Positions 63,550 to 64,000 of a DNA stretch of 64,000 nucleotides are shown one piece after another. The notes under the pieces are model-generated. The model did not search any database, had not been told where the DNA came from, and saw only the letters and a program-made list of their open reading frames with translations. The position numbers were made by a program, and so were the translations under genes. Source of the stretch: a virus. The number at the start of each line of letters is the position of its first letter. Within the stretch, counting starts at the first letter, position 1. The DNA lies in the IMG/VR virus record IMGVR_UViG_3300035670_000160, positions 6,957-70,956 of that record; one strand, 5' to 3'.

Positions 63550-64000
63550 ATGGATTATTATAAAGGCATACGCTCTCTAATTTTAGATGGGGGTATTTAT
63601 AGAAACCTAAGACTTTCTCGCGAGAACTTTAACTTGAGGTTGAAGAGTCCTCTAGTTTCGGATTTAGATTGGATTTTTGAGTTTTCGCCAAAAGACTCTT
63701 TTCTTAGGGAGTGTGCTTTTATTTCTATTTGTGTGTACTCAATAAATGGGAGACTCCTCAAAGGAGATGATAGAGAAAAGACGGCTTTATTTCTGTATAA
63801 GAAAGTACAGAATGTCGTAGTGAGTCGGTTGGCGATGGTTTGTATTTCTCTTTTAGATGAGGCGAAGCAGGGTCATAAGTTTTTAGAGGCTTTTCTGTAT
63901 GAGACAGAATCGAGGATTATTTGGAGGACTTGGAAGGCGAACTCTAACTTGGGTTTTAAGCCTATTGATCAAGGAGTTTTGAACGATACTCAAGTCGCTT
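63550..64000 (+). CDS. partial ORF, putative tail/baseplate assembly protein
   Basis: MDYYKGIRSLILDG... open to window end; VYSING echoes the previous gene. Confidence 0.55.
   Translation, partial: MDYYKGIRSLILDGGIYRNLRLSRENFNLRLKSPLVSDLDWIFEFSPKDSFLRECAFISICVYSINGRLLKGDDREKTALFLYKKVQNVVVSRLAMVCISLLDEAKQGHKFLEAFLYETESRIIWRTWKANSNLGFKPIDQGVLNDTQVA

Noticed and set aside
63541-63552. Possible stop read-through joining the chaperone to the next in-frame ORF (TGA TGA GGG ATG)
   Set aside because: Two consecutive stops and a GAGG next to the downstream ATG favour separate genes. No slippery heptamer was seen.
1-64000. CRISPR array, diversity-generating retroelement, integrase/transposase, intron or intein
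   Set aside because: I saw no repeat-spacer array, reverse transcriptase, recombinase motif or intein termini. DnaB and SNF2 are of normal length.
1-64000. Alternative genetic code (TAG or TGA recoding)
   Set aside because: Conserved genes are full length in code 11, all three stops terminate genes, and no suppressor tRNA is present.
1-64000. Eukaryotic giant-virus origin suggested by GSII, SLX1-like and SNF2 genes
   Set aside because: SD motifs, a sigma factor, DnaB, a Toprim primase, a tail sheath and a peptidoglycan peptidase indicate a bacteriophage.

Overview
A 64-kb segment of a large contractile-tailed (jumbo/myovirus-like) bacteriophage genome. It is AT-leaning, densely coding, uses Shine-Dalgarno starts and the standard code 11, and switches strand often. 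Virion genes are scattered: a giant 1608-aa tail sheath, a probable tail tube and chaperone ~48 kb away, neck/adaptor-like proteins and three tandem paralogous structural proteins. Replication and transcription genes include a DnaB helicase, a degenerate DnaC-like loader, a Toprim primase, an SNF2 helicase, a sigma factor and thymidine kinase. There are three DNA methyltransferase loci, five tRNAs (Thr, Glu, Lys, Leu x2), an M15 peptidoglycan peptidase, and auxiliary genes (type II glutamine synthetase, class III nucleotidyl cyclase, Nudix, 2H phosphoesterase, C45 Ntn-hydrolase, pyrimidine-dimer glycosylase-like). Most notable: (1) a C5 methyltransferase split over two fully overlapping reading frames that share an ATGTG double start, the second frame carrying five tandem WxTP..LxxQV modules and two copies of motif IX; (2) the heptamer TATTTCT/AGAAATA, strongly over-represented on both strands; (3) a recurring [KR]-x-A / 'RVA.RY' peptide tag at domain boundaries of many probable head-packaged proteins, including a paralogous membrane-hairpin family and a polyprotein ending in an ART-like domain; (4) a membrane-anchored, atypical cyclase coupled to a 2-TM protein. 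All functional calls come from motif recognition by eye; no database searches were run.
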